From Truepera sp. (lineage in GTDB: Bacteria > Deinococcota > Deinococci > Deinococcales > Trueperaceae): a stretch of DNA of 64,000 nucleotides. Location of the stretch: assembly GCA_965218435.1 (NCBI GenBank), contig CBDCKW010000009.1, forward strand, positions 1-64,000, written 5' to 3'. Both the position numbers and the translations under genes were made by a program. This document shows, one piece after another, positions 30,441-41,175 of the stretch (position 1 is the first letter of the stretch; each line of letters begins with the position of its first letter). The notes beneath the pieces were generated by a model, which had not been told where the DNA came from, searched no databases, and saw only the letters and a list, made by a program, of their open reading frames with translations.

Positions 30441-31067
30441 TCATAGAGCCAGAATCAACAACGCCGAGCCCCCGTGTAAGGTAACAGTCAGCGGCGCAGC
30501 GGTTGTTTCGTTCGAGACGCCTAAACCGACGCCAAAGGGTAGGTCGGCTTGGGTGAGGGGGTAGCTTGTGCCCACCAAACTAAGCTGCGACACCGGACTC
30601 AAGCTCAACACACTGAAGGTGAGCCCCGCCTGAACGTTCAACGTAAGGACGTCGCCGGTACGCAGCGGATACGCGGCAGTATGCCCTGAATGTAAAGTGA
30701 CTCGGTAACTATCCTGATAACGCGACGCGATAAAAAGTGCGGCGAGCGTCTGGTCGAGGCGGCCGCCGAGTACGCCGACGATCAGCAGCTCGGTCGCACC
30801 TCTGGCTACAGCCTCGTCAAGAGCTAGCTCGAGGTCGAGCGAATCTTTGCGCACCGGATAGGTCTGCCTCGGCACGTCCGGGTAACGCTCGAGGTCGGCC
30901 TGGGCCGCCGAATCAAAATCTCCGACGATCAGGTCGGGCGTTACGTCAAGGCCAGCTGCGTGCCGTACCCCGGAATCGGCAGCAACCACAAAATCTGCGT
31001 CTCCACAAAGCTTTTTGAGCGCGTCCGTCACGAGAATGTCGCTACCAGCTAAAACGAGCGCTTTCAT
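30441..31067 (-). CDS. thiN: Thiamine pyrophosphokinase
   Basis: AADSG, GDFDS, KD.LDLELAL, GGRLDQ, GVSNE. Confidence 0.9.
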   Translation of the reverse strand: MKALVLAGSDILVTDALKKLCGDADFVVAADSGVRHAAGLDVTPDLIVGDFDSAAQADLERYPDVPRQTYPVRKDSLDLELALDEAVARGATELLIVGVLGGRLDQTLAALFIASRYQDSYRVTLHSGHTAAYPLRTGDVLTLNVQAGLTFSVLSLSPVSQLSLVGTSYPLTQADLPFGVGLGVSNETTAAPLTVTLHGGSALLILAL

Positions 31068-31070
31068 ACC

Positions 31071-31841
31071 TTATGGGAGCGGAAGCTCGAGGCCGTCGAA
31101 AGCGTACTGTACCCCCTCCGGCGCGGGTTTACGGCAGTCAACGCCGTGTCCCAGATGGGTGAGAACCGTCTTTTTAGGCTCGAGTTCAGCGACGAGCGCG
31201 GCAGCTTCCCCTACGTCGTAGACGCTACGGCTCGCTGTCGGCGCGTCTTCACGGTAAAAGCTGGCTCCGAGAATGAGCAAGTCCAGCTTGCGCCAAGGCT
31301 CCAAGTCAGTGAGCCCCAAACAGTCGGGCATATACCCCCAAGCTCTGCCGTCCCGTTCAAACCGAAACGCATACGAAAACCCGTTGAACCCGTGCGGCAC
31401 ACGAATTGCTTTAACCAAATACCCTGCAAAAGTACGGGTCGTCGGCAGCGTTCTAAACGGCGTCTGCGCTTGATAACCCTCTGCTAGAAGATAGCCGAAG
31501 CGCGTTTCAAGCTGCGGTAAGACCTCCTCCGGCGTATAAACCGGGCAGTGCTGCGCCGTCCAACGTCCCCAATCGGCGAGGTCACCTAAACCCAGCAGAT
31601 GATCGTTGTGCGCGTGGGTGACGAGCGCAGCGTCAAACCCACCGAGGTTTTCCCTGACACACTGAAGCCGCAGTTCAGGCGGCGCATCTATCAAGATGCG
31701 TTCGTCTCCTCTAATCACAACCGCTGGACGAGTCCGGGCATTTTTGCCGGTGGTTCTAGCTTCCTCACATACGCTGCAGTGACACCACCAGCGCGGCACG
31801 CCCTGCGAGTCGGAGGTTCCCAAAAAACGGAGCTGCGCCAC
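31071..31841 (-). CDS. PhnP-like MBL-fold metallohydrolase
   Basis: FLGTSDSQGVP...C.CSVC, THAHNDH, LTHLGH. Confidence 0.88.
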   Translation of the reverse strand: MAQLRFLGTSDSQGVPRWWCHCSVCEEARTTGKNARTRPAVVIRGDERILIDAPPELRLQCVRENLGGFDAALVTHAHNDHLLGLGDLADWGRWTAQHCPVYTPEEVLPQLETRFGYLLAEGYQAQTPFRTLPTTRTFAGYLVKAIRVPHGFNGFSYAFRFERDGRAWGYMPDCLGLTDLEPWRKLDLLILGASFYREDAPTASRSVYDVGEAAALVAELEPKKTVLTHLGHGVDCRKPAPEGVQYAFDGLELPLP

Positions 31842-31949
31842 GCCTCAGCATACCGGCTCAGGCCGAGGAAGGGCAGAAGACGCCAGCGACGCCAAAATCG
31901 CGACGTCTCACCCCAGAAGCTTCGCCCAAAAACGCGTTACCATCTAGAG

Positions 31950-32621
31950 ATGATACGCACTTCTCTACTCGCTACGCTGTTATTGTTCACTTTCGCTTTA
32001 GCTCAAACACGCCCCCAGCTCGGGAACCGTGGACAAAACCCGCAGGCGCAAGAGATTTTGCAAACAGCTTGCACCGTTTCTGACCGTGACACCAACGAGC
32101 CGCAGCGCGAGGGCCGCGTGTGGGACGAAGAATACGCCCAGAGACGCGCCTATCGGGAGGTGCTCCCGGCGTTTTTTGCGGCTGTACCGCTAGAGCGCGA
32201 CGCCAAGCTCCTAATGCCGGTCGAGGGCGTGACGGTCAGTCAGGTCGCCGATACCTGGGGCGCAGCCCGCAGCGAAGGGCGCACGCACGAAGGCACCGAC
32301 ATCTTTGCCGCTACCGGAACGCCTATCTATTCGGCGACGCCCGGCTACGTCTACCGTATCGGCACCAACCCGTACGGCGGCAACGTCATCACGGTGGTCG
32401 GTGGCGCAGGGGTGCGTTACTACTACGCGCACCTCTCAGCCTTTGCCGAAACGCTCACAGAGGGGCAATACGTTATGACCGACACGGTGCTCGGTTACGT
32501 CGGCAATACCGGTAACGCTAGGACGACCCCGCCGCACCTGCATTTCGGGGTCTACACCGGCCCTTTAGATACGTGCGACTGGGAAGCGGAAAATCCGTAC
32601 TCGCTGCTGGTGGATAGATGA
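31950..32621 (+). CDS. Secreted M23 family metallopeptidase
   Basis: Signal peptide from ATG 31950; HEGTDIFA, YYAHL, HLHFG. Confidence 0.9.
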   Translation: MIRTSLLATLLLFTFALAQTRPQLGNRGQNPQAQEILQTACTVSDRDTNEPQREGRVWDEEYAQRRAYREVLPAFFAAVPLERDAKLLMPVEGVTVSQVADTWGAARSEGRTHEGTDIFAATGTPIYSATPGYVYRIGTNPYGGNVITVVGGAGVRYYYAHLSAFAETLTEGQYVMTDTVLGYVGNTGNARTTPPHLHFGVYTGPLDTCDWEAENPYSLLVDR

Positions 32622-33433
32622 TGCAGACGGGCCTCGAGTGGGCCAGGTTTTGGCTCCGGGGCGGGGTCGAGCATCTTCACGCACGTTATGTGACGCATTC
32701 TTTTGCACCCCATACGCACGCGGGCTACGTCATCGCCGTCGTTGAAGGTGGTGTCCAAGCGTTTCGTTACCGTGGGGCCAGCCACCACGCGCTGCCCGAA
32801 CACCTCATCTTTATTAATCCCGGCGAAGTCCATACCGGCTACGCTAAAACTGACGCGGGCTGGTGTTACCGGCCCCTTTATCCGGCTGTAGAGACGGTCG
32901 CGGACGCAGTACAGGCCGTTTCCGGCACCAAGCGCGTCCCTTATTTTCCCCAAGCCGTCGTGTCTGATCCTGACCTGGCCGCGCGGGTACGGCGTTATCA
33001 TCAGCTTTCAGAATATGAAGGTGAGCTGGCGCGTGAAGCGGCGTTTTTAGAGCTTATCTCGTGCGCGGTGACGCGTCACGCCGACGTTTCTTTGCGTCCT
33101 CGCACCGTCGCTGAGGAATCCGGGGCAGTGCAACAGGTGCGGGCATATCTCGAGACCTACGCCAGCACCAACGTCACGCTCGCAGACCTCGCTGAGCTTA
33201 CCGGCCTCAGCCCTTACGCGGTGCTGCGGGCGTTTCGCCGCCAGACCGGACTGACGCCGCAAACGTATCAGTTACAGCGTCGGATAGAAAGGGCTAAAGA
33301 ACGGTTGCAGAGCGGAGTGGCGATTGCCGAGGTTGCCAGCGAAACAGGCTTTTTTGATCAAAGTCATCTGACCAGGCATTTCAAACGCATCGTCGGCGTC
33401 ACGCCGAAGCAGTTCGCTCGAGGCACTGCCTAG
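32618..33433 (+). CDS. AraC family transcriptional regulator
   Basis: Cupin H.H...NPGEVH.G; HTH LS.Y..LR.F....G.TP; GFFDQSHLTRHFKR. Confidence 0.92.
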   Translation: MMQTGLEWARFWLRGGVEHLHARYVTHSFAPHTHAGYVIAVVEGGVQAFRYRGASHHALPEHLIFINPGEVHTGYAKTDAGWCYRPLYPAVETVADAVQAVSGTKRVPYFPQAVVSDPDLAARVRRYHQLSEYEGELAREAAFLELISCAVTRHADVSLRPRTVAEESGAVQQVRAYLETYASTNVTLADLAELTGLSPYAVLRAFRRQTGLTPQTYQLQRRIERAKERLQSGVAIAEVASETGFFDQSHLTRHFKRIVGVTPKQFARGTA

Positions 33434-33501
33434 AGCACTGCAGCCAAGGTCGGCGCAATTTCATCCTAGAAACTTTCTTCCGCGCGTCGTAGCCTAAACT
33501 T

Positions 33502-34164
33502 ATGACAAACTTTTGGCGCGGCTTCGGTGCGCTGATGCCGCTTTGGTTGGGCCTGATTCCGTTTGGCGCAGCCTACGCGGTATCAGCAAGGGCGGCAGGA
33601 CTAACCCTGTTTGAAACGCAGCTGATGAGCCTGATTGTGTTGTCGGGTGGGGCGCAGTTTAGCGCGGCGGGGTTGTTTGCCGTAAACGCCTCGCCCTTGA
33701 CGATTGTCGCTACGACGTTCTTAATTAACGCGCGGCATCTACTTTACGGGGTCTCGCTCGGTCAGCTGCTTCCATTTGGCCTGCGCGAACGTTTTTTGGC
33801 GGCGCACCTCCTGACTGACGAAGCTTACGGGGTGACGCTCTCGAACCCACTTCGCTCAGTCAGCTTTTTTATGGGGGCGGGCTCGAGCCTCTACCTCATC
33901 TGGAACCTGAGCACGCTGGCTGGGGCGCTGCTGAGTGATCTCGTTCCTGACCCGGCGGCGCTCGGGCTTGACTTTATCTTTCCCCTAGCATTTTTGGCGC
34001 TCTTAATTCCACTCCTTAAGGGCTGGCCGACGCTTACCGTGGCAGTTTTCTCCGGTCTTTTGGCACTCGCCGCGTCACAGGTTGTCAATACCGGTTTGGC
34101 GGTTTTGCTGGTAGGCATTTTGGGACCGCTTTTGGGCGCTTCCTTAACCCGGACTAGAGCGTGA
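33502..34164 (+). CDS. azlC: AzlC family branched-chain amino acid exporter permease
   Basis: SGGAQF, NARH..YG, LTDEAY, GLDF. Confidence 0.88.
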   Translation: MTNFWRGFGALMPLWLGLIPFGAAYAVSARAAGLTLFETQLMSLIVLSGGAQFSAAGLFAVNASPLTIVATTFLINARHLLYGVSLGQLLPFGLRERFLAAHLLTDEAYGVTLSNPLRSVSFFMGAGSSLYLIWNLSTLAGALLSDLVPDPAALGLDFIFPLAFLALLIPLLKGWPTLTVAVFSGLLALAASQVVNTGLAVLLVGILGPLLGASLTRTRA

Positions 34165-34448
34165 CGCTGCTAACGATTTTACTAATGGCCGCTGTAACTT
34201 ACGGGCCGCGGCTGGTCGGCTTGTCGCTCGCCAAGGCCACTCTGCCCACTTTTTGGACAAGGTTTTTGCAGTTTGTCCCGGTTGCGGTCTTTGCCGCGCT
34301 CGTCGTTCCGGCCTTGCCGAAAGCCGGAGAAACTCCCGTCCGGCTTATTGCGGCGGGCGTTGCGGCACTGGTGCTCTGGCGTGTGCGGTCGTTATGGCTT
34401 GGGCTTTTGGTTGGGATGGCGGTCTTTTGGGGGTTACGGGCGTTTTAG
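34161..34448 (+). CDS. azlD: AzlD domain protein
   Basis: ILLMAAVTY.PR, L.FVPVAV.AALV; overlaps the azlC stop. Confidence 0.82.
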   Translation: MTLLTILLMAAVTYGPRLVGLSLAKATLPTFWTRFLQFVPVAVFAALVVPALPKAGETPVRLIAAGVAALVLWRVRSLWLGLLVGMAVFWGLRAF

Positions 34449-34458
34449 CTCGAGCACC

Positions 34459-35277
34459 TTAACCAACGCTTACAGCTTTTAAGGCCACAAAGAGCGGAAT
34501 ATCCAACGTCTCTTTTTTCGTCGTTTTCTCTACGTTCGGGTCAGGGAGTTCGTCTAAACGCTCGAGTAAAAATCCCAACTCACTCAGCGTATTGATGTAC
34601 TCACTCAGGGGCCGGTGAAAGCTCATCGTCGTGCCCGACGCCCGCGCCGACACCTCGGCGTAAGCTTTCATCGGGACGCCCCGTGGGGTCAGATACGAGT
34701 CTACGCGCCGGTACGTCAGCTTCCGCCCCGGGTCGAAGCCCCAGCCACTCTGCCGCGGGACTCGGAACGCCGGGTGCAGCATAAAGATCACGATACGCGC
34801 CGCTGGTTTAAGCGCCCACGCTGCCGCTGCCAGCACCTCACTTAGCGGGTCCATATCCTGAATGCTGAGCATAAACACGGCAACGTCAGCACTGCCCGCT
34901 TGTATTTCGGGTAGTGAACTGAGCTTACGCACGTCTCCCACGATAAATTCTGGGGCAAACTGCGCTTTACCTTTAGCGTTCTCCCCGTGATGTTTGCGGG
35001 CAAGCTGGACAAGCGTCCGGCTGCCGTCTAAGCCTTGATACCGCGCACCTCTCTTAAGCACATGCGGCGCTAAGACACCCTGACCGCACCCCAAATCGAG
35101 GAGCAGTTCGCCGGGTTTAGGGTCGGCGAGTTCCATCACTTCGGGGATAGCGACAGCCCGGTGGTACAAGCTGCCCTTTTTACCGACCCAGCCGTTGTAC
35201 CACTTGGCCACCGGGTCCCAGTGCGTCTGACGCTGAAGTTTGGGTTTAAGCGTTTTCTTGCTTGGTTTGGTCGTCAA
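34459..35277 (-). CDS. Class I SAM-dependent methyltransferase
   Basis: LLDLGCGQG, HPAFRVPRQSGW, FHRPLS.Y. Confidence 0.85.
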   Translation of the reverse strand: MTTKPSKKTLKPKLQRQTHWDPVAKWYNGWVGKKGSLYHRAVAIPEVMELADPKPGELLLDLGCGQGVLAPHVLKRGARYQGLDGSRTLVQLARKHHGENAKGKAQFAPEFIVGDVRKLSSLPEIQAGSADVAVFMLSIQDMDPLSEVLAAAAWALKPAARIVIFMLHPAFRVPRQSGWGFDPGRKLTYRRVDSYLTPRGVPMKAYAEVSARASGTTMSFHRPLSEYINTLSELGFLLERLDELPDPNVEKTTKKETLDIPLFVALKAVSVG

Positions 35278-35367
35278 AAAAACCTCGTGAGTCAGCCATA
35301 AAGTGGAAGCCAGCGTATCACGAGGGACAATTTACGGTGGTAGTGAGGAGCCGTATATGCTAAGCAG

Positions 35368-35889
35368 ATGGCTGAGCGGAGTGAAGTCTTGTTTATCGGC
35401 GGACGTTCGGGCGTGGGGAAGACTAGGGTGGCGCTCGAGCTCCACCACCAACTCTCCGCGCAACGGGTCAAGCACTGCGTTATTGAAGGCGACAATCTCG
35501 ACCAAGCGTACCCGCCGCCGTGGGAGCATGGGCACAAGCTAGCAGAGCAAAACTTGGCGGCGATGTGGACAAACTACCGCGCACTGGGGTATCGCCGCGT
35601 CATCTACACGAATACCGTGAGCGTCCTCGAGACCGCAGGTTTAAGTGCTGCAATGGGGGACGCCCCTATTGTCAAAGCTGTGTTGCTGCAAGCGTCCGAC
35701 AGCACGGTAAAGAGAAGACTCGAGCTGCGCGAATCGGCTGCCACCCTGCAATCTCATTTGAAAAGGAGCCGGTTGCGGGCGGCTGAACTGGGGCAATACG
35801 CTCCACCTTGGGTGTGGCGAATTGATACCGATGGTAAAGACAGCCCCGCGGTTGCAGAGGAGATTTTGGGGCTGCTCGGCTGGACGTAG
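35368..35889 (+). CDS. Small P-loop kinase-like protein
   Basis: IGGRSGVGKT Walker A; IEGDNLD; leaderless TATGCT-N6-ATG. Confidence 0.78.
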   Translation: MAERSEVLFIGGRSGVGKTRVALELHHQLSAQRVKHCVIEGDNLDQAYPPPWEHGHKLAEQNLAAMWTNYRALGYRRVIYTNTVSVLETAGLSAAMGDAPIVKAVLLQASDSTVKRRLELRESAATLQSHLKRSRLRAAELGQYAPPWVWRIDTDGKDSPAVAEEILGLLGWT

Positions 35890-35910
35890 CTTATATTTCT
35901 AAGAAAGGGC

Positions 35911-35939
35911 TTGACATTTTCACCTTACTCAGCTAGGCT
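35911..35939 (+). promoter_or_regulatory. Sigma-A promoter for the leader and ABC exporter operon
   Basis: TTGACA (35911-35916), N17, TAGGCT (35934-35939). Confidence 0.7.
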
Positions 35940-35983
35940 CATGAAGCCTACTAGAGGCGACCTCAGAAAGGGAGCGGTGCAAC

Positions 35984-36097
35984 ATGAAACAATTTTTCGC
36001 TGACAAGACCAGCATCATCCTCACCGCTTTTACCCGTGTGCTCGGCGACATTGGTGACAATGTACCGCTTGCACAGGAGAGGTCTGCCCAGACGTAG
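35984..36097 (+). CDS. Putative 37-aa leader peptide (MKQFFADKTSIILTAFTRVLGDIGDNVPLAQERSAQT)
   Basis: SD-like gaaagggag upstream; lies between the promoter and a terminator hairpin. Confidence 0.55.
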   Translation: MKQFFADKTSIILTAFTRVLGDIGDNVPLAQERSAQT

Positions 36098-36115
36098 CCG
36101 TTTAGTAAATACTCG

Positions 36116-36154
36116 AGGCCGTGGGAGACCCAACCGTCCCCACGGCCTTTTTTT
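36116..36154 (+). terminator. Intrinsic terminator/attenuator in the 5' leader of the ABC operon
   Basis: aggccgtggg...cccacggcct followed by a T tract, about 220 nt before the first ABC gene. Confidence 0.8.
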
Positions 36155-36222
36155 GCTCTCTCACCTCGGAGCGTGCCTAGGGGACAACTTGCGGAAAGAG
36201 GATGACCCTTTAGGAACGCACC

Positions 36223-36375
36223 ATGCCGAGCACACTACAAACCATAGACCAAGCTACCCTCACGTTGCTTACCCACTATTTTTCTAGCCTCGAGTCCTCG
36301 GCCGCGTCTTCCGTAAAAAGGCTGAAGCGCGATCTCAGCACCTTCCTTACACTGCATCTGTCTGGAGATTTATGA
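36223..36375 (+). CDS. Putative 50-aa small ORF translationally coupled to the ABC gene
   Basis: MPSTLQTIDQATLTLLTHYFSSLESSAASSVKRLKRDLSTFLTLHLSGDL; its TGA overlaps the ABC start as ATGA. Confidence 0.4.
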   Translation: MPSTLQTIDQATLTLLTHYFSSLESSAASSVKRLKRDLSTFLTLHLSGDL

Positions 36376-38156
36376 TTCCGCTGGCCCGCTACGCCAAACT
36401 TTTAGGCCACTATCTGCGCCCGCAGTGGCGCACTGCCGCGCTGATGGCAACGCTGTTACTCGTCAGCATCGGCTTACAGCTCTTAGTACCGCAGATTTTA
36501 CGGTTTTTTATTGATACGGCTAGGGCTGGCGGGAGCTTGGAGTCATTAACTCGAGCCGCCCTCCTCTTTTTGGGTGTTGCGGTCGTGACGCAGCTTCTCA
36601 GTGCTGCCGCCACTTACTACGCTGCCGACGTCGGGTGGACGGCCACCAACGCCATGCGTGAAGACCTAGCACGGCACTGCCTGGAGCTCGATATGAGCTT
36701 TCACACGGCCCGCACCCCCGGCGAACTGATCGAACGCATTGACGGTGACGTCACGGCGTTATCGAACTTCTTTTCACAGTTTTCGGTACGCGTTTTTGGC
36801 GGGGCACTGATGCTCATCGGAATTTTGGTGATTTTGTGGCTCGAGAGTCCCCCGGTTGGTATCGCCCTGACGGGGTTTACCCTCACGGTTTTCGTCGCCC
36901 TCTTTCTAACCCGGAACGTTGCTGTCGCTGCTACCAAAGACGAACGCGAGTCGAGCGCCCAACTTTTCGGCTTTGTCGAAGAGCGTTTGGCCGGTCTTGA
37001 CGACCTCCGCGCGAACGGCGGTGGCGCTTACGCCATGCAGAGTTTTACCCATGTCGCCCGTAACTTTTTCTCTCGGGGCCGCCGCGCCTGGATGAAGCGG
37101 TCGTCGGTGTGGATGCTCTCTTACGGGATGTTTACGGTGGGCGACCTGATTACTTTAGGCGCAGCGATCTACCTCTTTCAGCAGGGCAGCATCACGCTGG
37201 GAACGGCGTACTTGTTTTTTCAGTACATGCTGATGTTAGAAGAACCCATCGAGCAGATTACGCAGCAGATGCAAGAGTTGCAAAAAGCTGGAGCAGGCAT
37301 TGGGCGGATTGACGAACTCTTTGCGCTTCAAAGTGAGTTGCCGAGGGGAAAAGACACGGCGTTACCGAGTGGTGCGTTGCCCCTTAGTTTTGAACATTTG
37401 GGCTTTGCCTACGGCGATAAACGCATCTTGGACGACGTGAGCTTTCGCTTGGAAGCTGGCAAGGTTTTAGGTCTGCTGGGCCGCACGGGAAGTGGGAAGA
37501 CGACCCTGACTCGGTTAATCTTCAGGCTTTATGACCCGACTTCAGGCAGCGTCAAGCTCGGCGGGGTAGACACGCGAGACGCTCTCCCCGAATCGTTACG
37601 TGAACGCGTCGGCATGGTTACCCAAGAGGTGCAGCTCTTTCACGCGTCGGTACGCGACAACCTGACTTTCTTTAGCAGTGATATTTCAGACGAGCGCATC
37701 ACCGCGGTTTTACGGGACCTCGGGTTGGGAACTTGGTTGGGTGGGCTCGAGCACGGCTTAGACACGATGCTGGCCGCAAGTGGCGGCGGGCTTTCGGCGG
37801 GACAGGCGCAGCTACTCGCGTTCGCCCGCGTGTTTCTCAAAGACCCCGGTTTGGTCATCCTGGATGAACCCTCGTCTCGCCTCGACCCGGCAACCGAAAA
37901 GCTTTTAGAACGCGCGGTAGACAAACTTTTACGGAGCCGCACGGCAATCATCATCGCGCACCGTTTAGAAACCGTCCGGCGTGCCGACGATATCCTCATC
38001 TTGCAAGACGGACACATTTTGGAACACGGCGCACGTCAGGCGTTGGTGCGCTCAGATTCGCACTTTGCGCGGCTCTTAAAAGCCGGGGGGCAGTCCGACT
38101 TGGACGACCCGGAATTGGAAGAGGCGCTCGAGGATACCCTTAAGGAACCCGCATGA
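36372..38156 (+). CDS. ABC exporter (fused TMD-NBD), subunit 1
   Basis: 6-TM domain; GRTGSGKT, LSAGQAQ, ILDEP, AHRL. Confidence 0.93.
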   Translation: MIPLARYAKLLGHYLRPQWRTAALMATLLLVSIGLQLLVPQILRFFIDTARAGGSLESLTRAALLFLGVAVVTQLLSAAATYYAADVGWTATNAMREDLARHCLELDMSFHTARTPGELIERIDGDVTALSNFFSQFSVRVFGGALMLIGILVILWLESPPVGIALTGFTLTVFVALFLTRNVAVAATKDERESSAQLFGFVEERLAGLDDLRANGGGAYAMQSFTHVARNFFSRGRRAWMKRSSVWMLSYGMFTVGDLITLGAAIYLFQQGSITLGTAYLFFQYMLMLEEPIEQITQQMQELQKAGAGIGRIDELFALQSELPRGKDTALPSGALPLSFEHLGFAYGDKRILDDVSFRLEAGKVLGLLGRTGSGKTTLTRLIFRLYDPTSGSVKLGGVDTRDALPESLRERVGMVTQEVQLFHASVRDNLTFFSSDISDERITAVLRDLGLGTWLGGLEHGLDTMLAASGGGLSAGQAQLLAFARVFLKDPGLVILDEPSSRLDPATEKLLERAVDKLLRSRTAIIIAHRLETVRRADDILILQDGHILEHGARQALVRSDSHFARLLKAGGQSDLDDPELEEALEDTLKEPA

Positions 38157-38755
38157 GCAAGTTGCATCTTAAAACAGAACGTCTGGTCATCCGCGAGTTT
38201 GTAGAGGAAGACTGGCAGGACATCGCGGAAAAACGTACTCAGGCAGAGGTCGCACGTTACGAGCCTTGGGATACGACCAGCTGGGCCGAGCGGGAAAGGG
38301 TCGTTGGGCGCATCCGGGAGCAGCGTGCGCTCACCTTCGATATGTTCGGCAAGTACACAGAGTTCGCCGCCGTGCTAGGGGACAAGGCCATCGGCAGCGT
38401 CGGCGTCAAGCGCCTGAGCGACGTCCATCAGGACGCTGAGGTGGGCTGGGTCTTTGGCGCTCTTTATTGGGGTCAAGGCTACGCCACCGAAGCTGCACGC
38501 GCCCTGATGGACTGGAGCTTTCGGACACTCGAGCTGCACCGCATCACCGCCGTATGCGACGCCCGCAACGTCCCCTCGTACCGGCTTATGGAACGCCTCG
38601 GGATGCGGCGAGAAGCTCACCACGTCAAGAGCTACTTCTCGAAAGGGGAGTGGACAGATGACCTCGTGTACGCCGTCCTCAAAGACGAATGGCTGCACCG
38701 TCCGCCGCCCCGCTACACCGTTCTCGCGCCGGTACACCATGAGGAACCCGTATGA
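38153..38755 (+). CDS. RimJ/RimL-type GNAT acetyltransferase
   Basis: [35 protein letters not shown]. Confidence 0.9.
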   Translation: MSKLHLKTERLVIREFVEEDWQDIAEKRTQAEVARYEPWDTTSWAERERVVGRIREQRALTFDMFGKYTEFAAVLGDKAIGSVGVKRLSDVHQDAEVGWVFGALYWGQGYATEAARALMDWSFRTLELHRITAVCDARNVPSYRLMERLGMRREAHHVKSYFSKGEWTDDLVYAVLKDEWLHRPPPRYTVLAPVHHEEPV

Positions 38756-40548
38756 CCACCCAAACAGCAACCACTTCACCTACCTGGACGACGCTGCGTT
38801 ACATGCGCCGCCTCGTCTCGTATCGCCCCGGCTTGTTCGCCGTCAATCTCATCTTGTGGGGCGTCGTTCACCTTTTACCGGTGCTGTTTCCGGTGCTGAT
38901 TGCACAACTGCTCGACGGTTTAGAGGGCAAAGCCGCGTTTGGCTGGAGCCCCTGGACGTTTCTGATCTTGCTGACGGCGCTCAACGTCGGGCGTATCGGC
39001 GTGTTTATTCCGGCGATCTACGTGTGGGCGACGCTCTGGTACGAGTCGGGGCTCTTGCTGCGGCGTAACCTGATCAACTATTTGACTCGCGCACCCGGCT
39101 CACGCGTCTTGCCCGATTCGCCCTCAGAGGCGGTCAGCCGCTTTCGTGATGATGTAGACGAGGTGTCGCTGCTCGTTGAGACCTGGGTGGACTCGAGCGG
39201 TCTCATCTTGTCGGCGCTCGTGTCGTTTGTGATCATGTACCGCGTCAGTCCGGTAGTCACGCTGGCAGTTGCCGCGCCGCTACTACTAATGCTCGTTTTG
39301 ACGCGGGGGTTTACCGAACGCATCCGCCGCTACCGCCGCCGCAGCCGCGAGGCGACGGGGCGCGTGACGAGTTTTATCGGTGAGACGTTTGCGGCGGTGC
39401 AGGCCGTAAAAGTGGCAGGCCGTGAAGCGCCCATCACTGAGCACTTTCGCAGCCTGAACCGGACGCGGCGGCAAGCAGCCCTTAAAGACACGCTCTTGAC
39501 CGAGTTTTTACGGGGAGCGAACGCGAATATGACGAATATCGGGACCGGCATCGTGTTGCTCTTATCGGCACGGGCGATGCTTGGGGGTGGCTTTTCCATC
39601 GGCGACTTCGCCTTGTTCGCCTTTTATCTGCCGCGCCTCACGAGCATTATGGCGTTTGCCGGAGACATGATGGCGCAGCATAAACGCGCCGGGGTGTCGT
39701 TCGAGCGGATGACGCGGCTGTTGCAAGACGCACCGCCGGAAACGCTCGTCGAGCACGCACCGCTGCACCTCCGAGGCGATGTGCCCGAAGTCGTTGCGCC
39801 GCCGCCCGTGGCGGGGGAGAGGTTGGAGAAGCTCGAGCTTCGTAACTTAAGCTTTCACTATCCTGGTACCCGAAACGGCGTGACGGACATTAGTTTTAGC
39901 CTAAACCGTGATTCATTTACGGTTGTCACCGGGCGTATCGGGAGCGGGAAGACGACCCTACTCCGCACCCTGATGGGCCTCGTGCCCAAAGATTCCGGTG
40001 AGATTTTGTGGAACAGCGAACCTGTTAAAGACCCGGCCTCGTGGTTTGTCCCGCCGAGGAGCGCCTACACTGCACAGGTACCGCGCCTCTTCTCGGATTC
40101 GCTCCGGCAAAATATCCTGATGGGGCGTGTGGGTGAAGACGCTGCACTGGACGACGTAGTGGACTTGGCCGTGATGACCCACGATGTGCGGGGGCTCGAG
40201 CTGGGTCTCGACACCCTCGTCGGCACACGCGGCGTCAAACTTTCGGGCGGACAGGTACAGCGTTCCTCAGCTGCCCGGATGTTTTTACGCGGGGCCGACC
40301 TCTTGATCTTCGATGACCTCTCCTCAGCCCTCGATGTGGAAACCGAAGCGCGGCTCTGGCAACAGCTTTTTGCCAAACAGCAGGTGACGTGCCTCGTCGT
40401 CTCTCACCGTCGCGCCGCCTTAAGACGCGCCGACCACATCATCGTTTTGCAAGATGGGCGCGTTGAAGCTGAAGGGACGTTGGATGAGCTGTTGGAGACA
40501 TCAAAGGAGATGCAGCGGCTCTGGGCGGAGGAGGTCACAGCTTCATGA
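38752..40548 (+). CDS. ABC exporter (fused TMD-NBD), subunit 2
   Basis: [27 protein letters not shown]. Confidence 0.93.
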   Translation: MTTQTATTSPTWTTLRYMRRLVSYRPGLFAVNLILWGVVHLLPVLFPVLIAQLLDGLEGKAAFGWSPWTFLILLTALNVGRIGVFIPAIYVWATLWYESGLLLRRNLINYLTRAPGSRVLPDSPSEAVSRFRDDVDEVSLLVETWVDSSGLILSALVSFVIMYRVSPVVTLAVAAPLLLMLVLTRGFTERIRRYRRRSREATGRVTSFIGETFAAVQAVKVAGREAPITEHFRSLNRTRRQAALKDTLLTEFLRGANANMTNIGTGIVLLLSARAMLGGGFSIGDFALFAFYLPRLTSIMAFAGDMMAQHKRAGVSFERMTRLLQDAPPETLVEHAPLHLRGDVPEVVAPPPVAGERLEKLELRNLSFHYPGTRNGVTDISFSLNRDSFTVVTGRIGSGKTTLLRTLMGLVPKDSGEILWNSEPVKDPASWFVPPRSAYTAQVPRLFSDSLRQNILMGRVGEDAALDDVVDLAVMTHDVRGLELGLDTLVGTRGVKLSGGQVQRSSAARMFLRGADLLIFDDLSSALDVETEARLWQQLFAKQQVTCLVVSHRRAALRRADHIIVLQDGRVEAEGTLDELLETSKEMQRLWAEEVTAS

Positions 40549-41114
40549 ATCTGAGAAATACTGCTTCAGTGACGATTCGGCCTGCAACATTAGAGGACGC
40601 TGCTGGTCTCGGCATAGTACAGCTCGACAGCTGGCACACGACTGACGGTGCGCACATCAAACCTCAAAGTTGGTGGGCGCAGTTCTCCTACCCGCAACGC
40701 GCGGAAGCGTGGCGCACGTTACTCACATCAGACCGCCCCGTGCTTGTCCTAACTGCTGAAATTGAGGGTGACGTAATCGGGTTTGCCTGGTGTGAGCGCA
40801 ACAGTGGCGAGTTCACAACGTTCGAGGCAGAACTGAGCGCCATTCATCTGCTGCCCTCAGTACGCGGACAGGGAGTAGGACGGAAACTGATGCGCGAAAC
40901 TGCGCGGAACCTTGATAATCTAGGATTTCATTCGCTCCTTCTTTGGACGGGCTTGCTCAACAAGCGAGCGCAAGCGTTTTATCAAAAGCTTAACGGCACG
41001 CTTTTAGGTGAGAAGTCTACCAACCTCGGTGATTTCTCTTTCGCTGAGGTGGCCTATGGCTGGTCAGACCTCGAGTTGCTTGTAACAGCGTCTTCAAAGA
41101 TAAGCTCGTCTTGA
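40545..41114 (+). CDS. GNAT family acetyltransferase
   Basis: [25 protein letters not shown]. Confidence 0.85.
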   Translation: MNLRNTASVTIRPATLEDAAGLGIVQLDSWHTTDGAHIKPQSWWAQFSYPQRAEAWRTLLTSDRPVLVLTAEIEGDVIGFAWCERNSGEFTTFEAELSAIHLLPSVRGQGVGRKLMRETARNLDNLGFHSLLLWTGLLNKRAQAFYQKLNGTLLGEKSTNLGDFSFAEVAYGWSDLELLVTASSKISSS

Positions 41115-41175
41115 ATAAAGCAACGAGCAGTGAGTGGGTAAACCTAGGTACGTCAAGCTGAAGAAAGGATGATCC

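Noticed and set aside
31599..31949. N-terminal extension of the M23 peptidase ORF (also the track extensions of glyA, nfuA, rpoD, miaA, DinB and CPBP)
   Set aside because: The extensions overlap neighbouring genes or promoter regions; most downstream starts have a leaderless -10 or SD signal, and all match family N-termini.
35941..36003. Alternative uORF MKPTRGDLRKGAVQHETIFR
   Set aside because: Its ATG is 1 nt after the -10 hexamer, upstream of the expected TSS, and has no SD.
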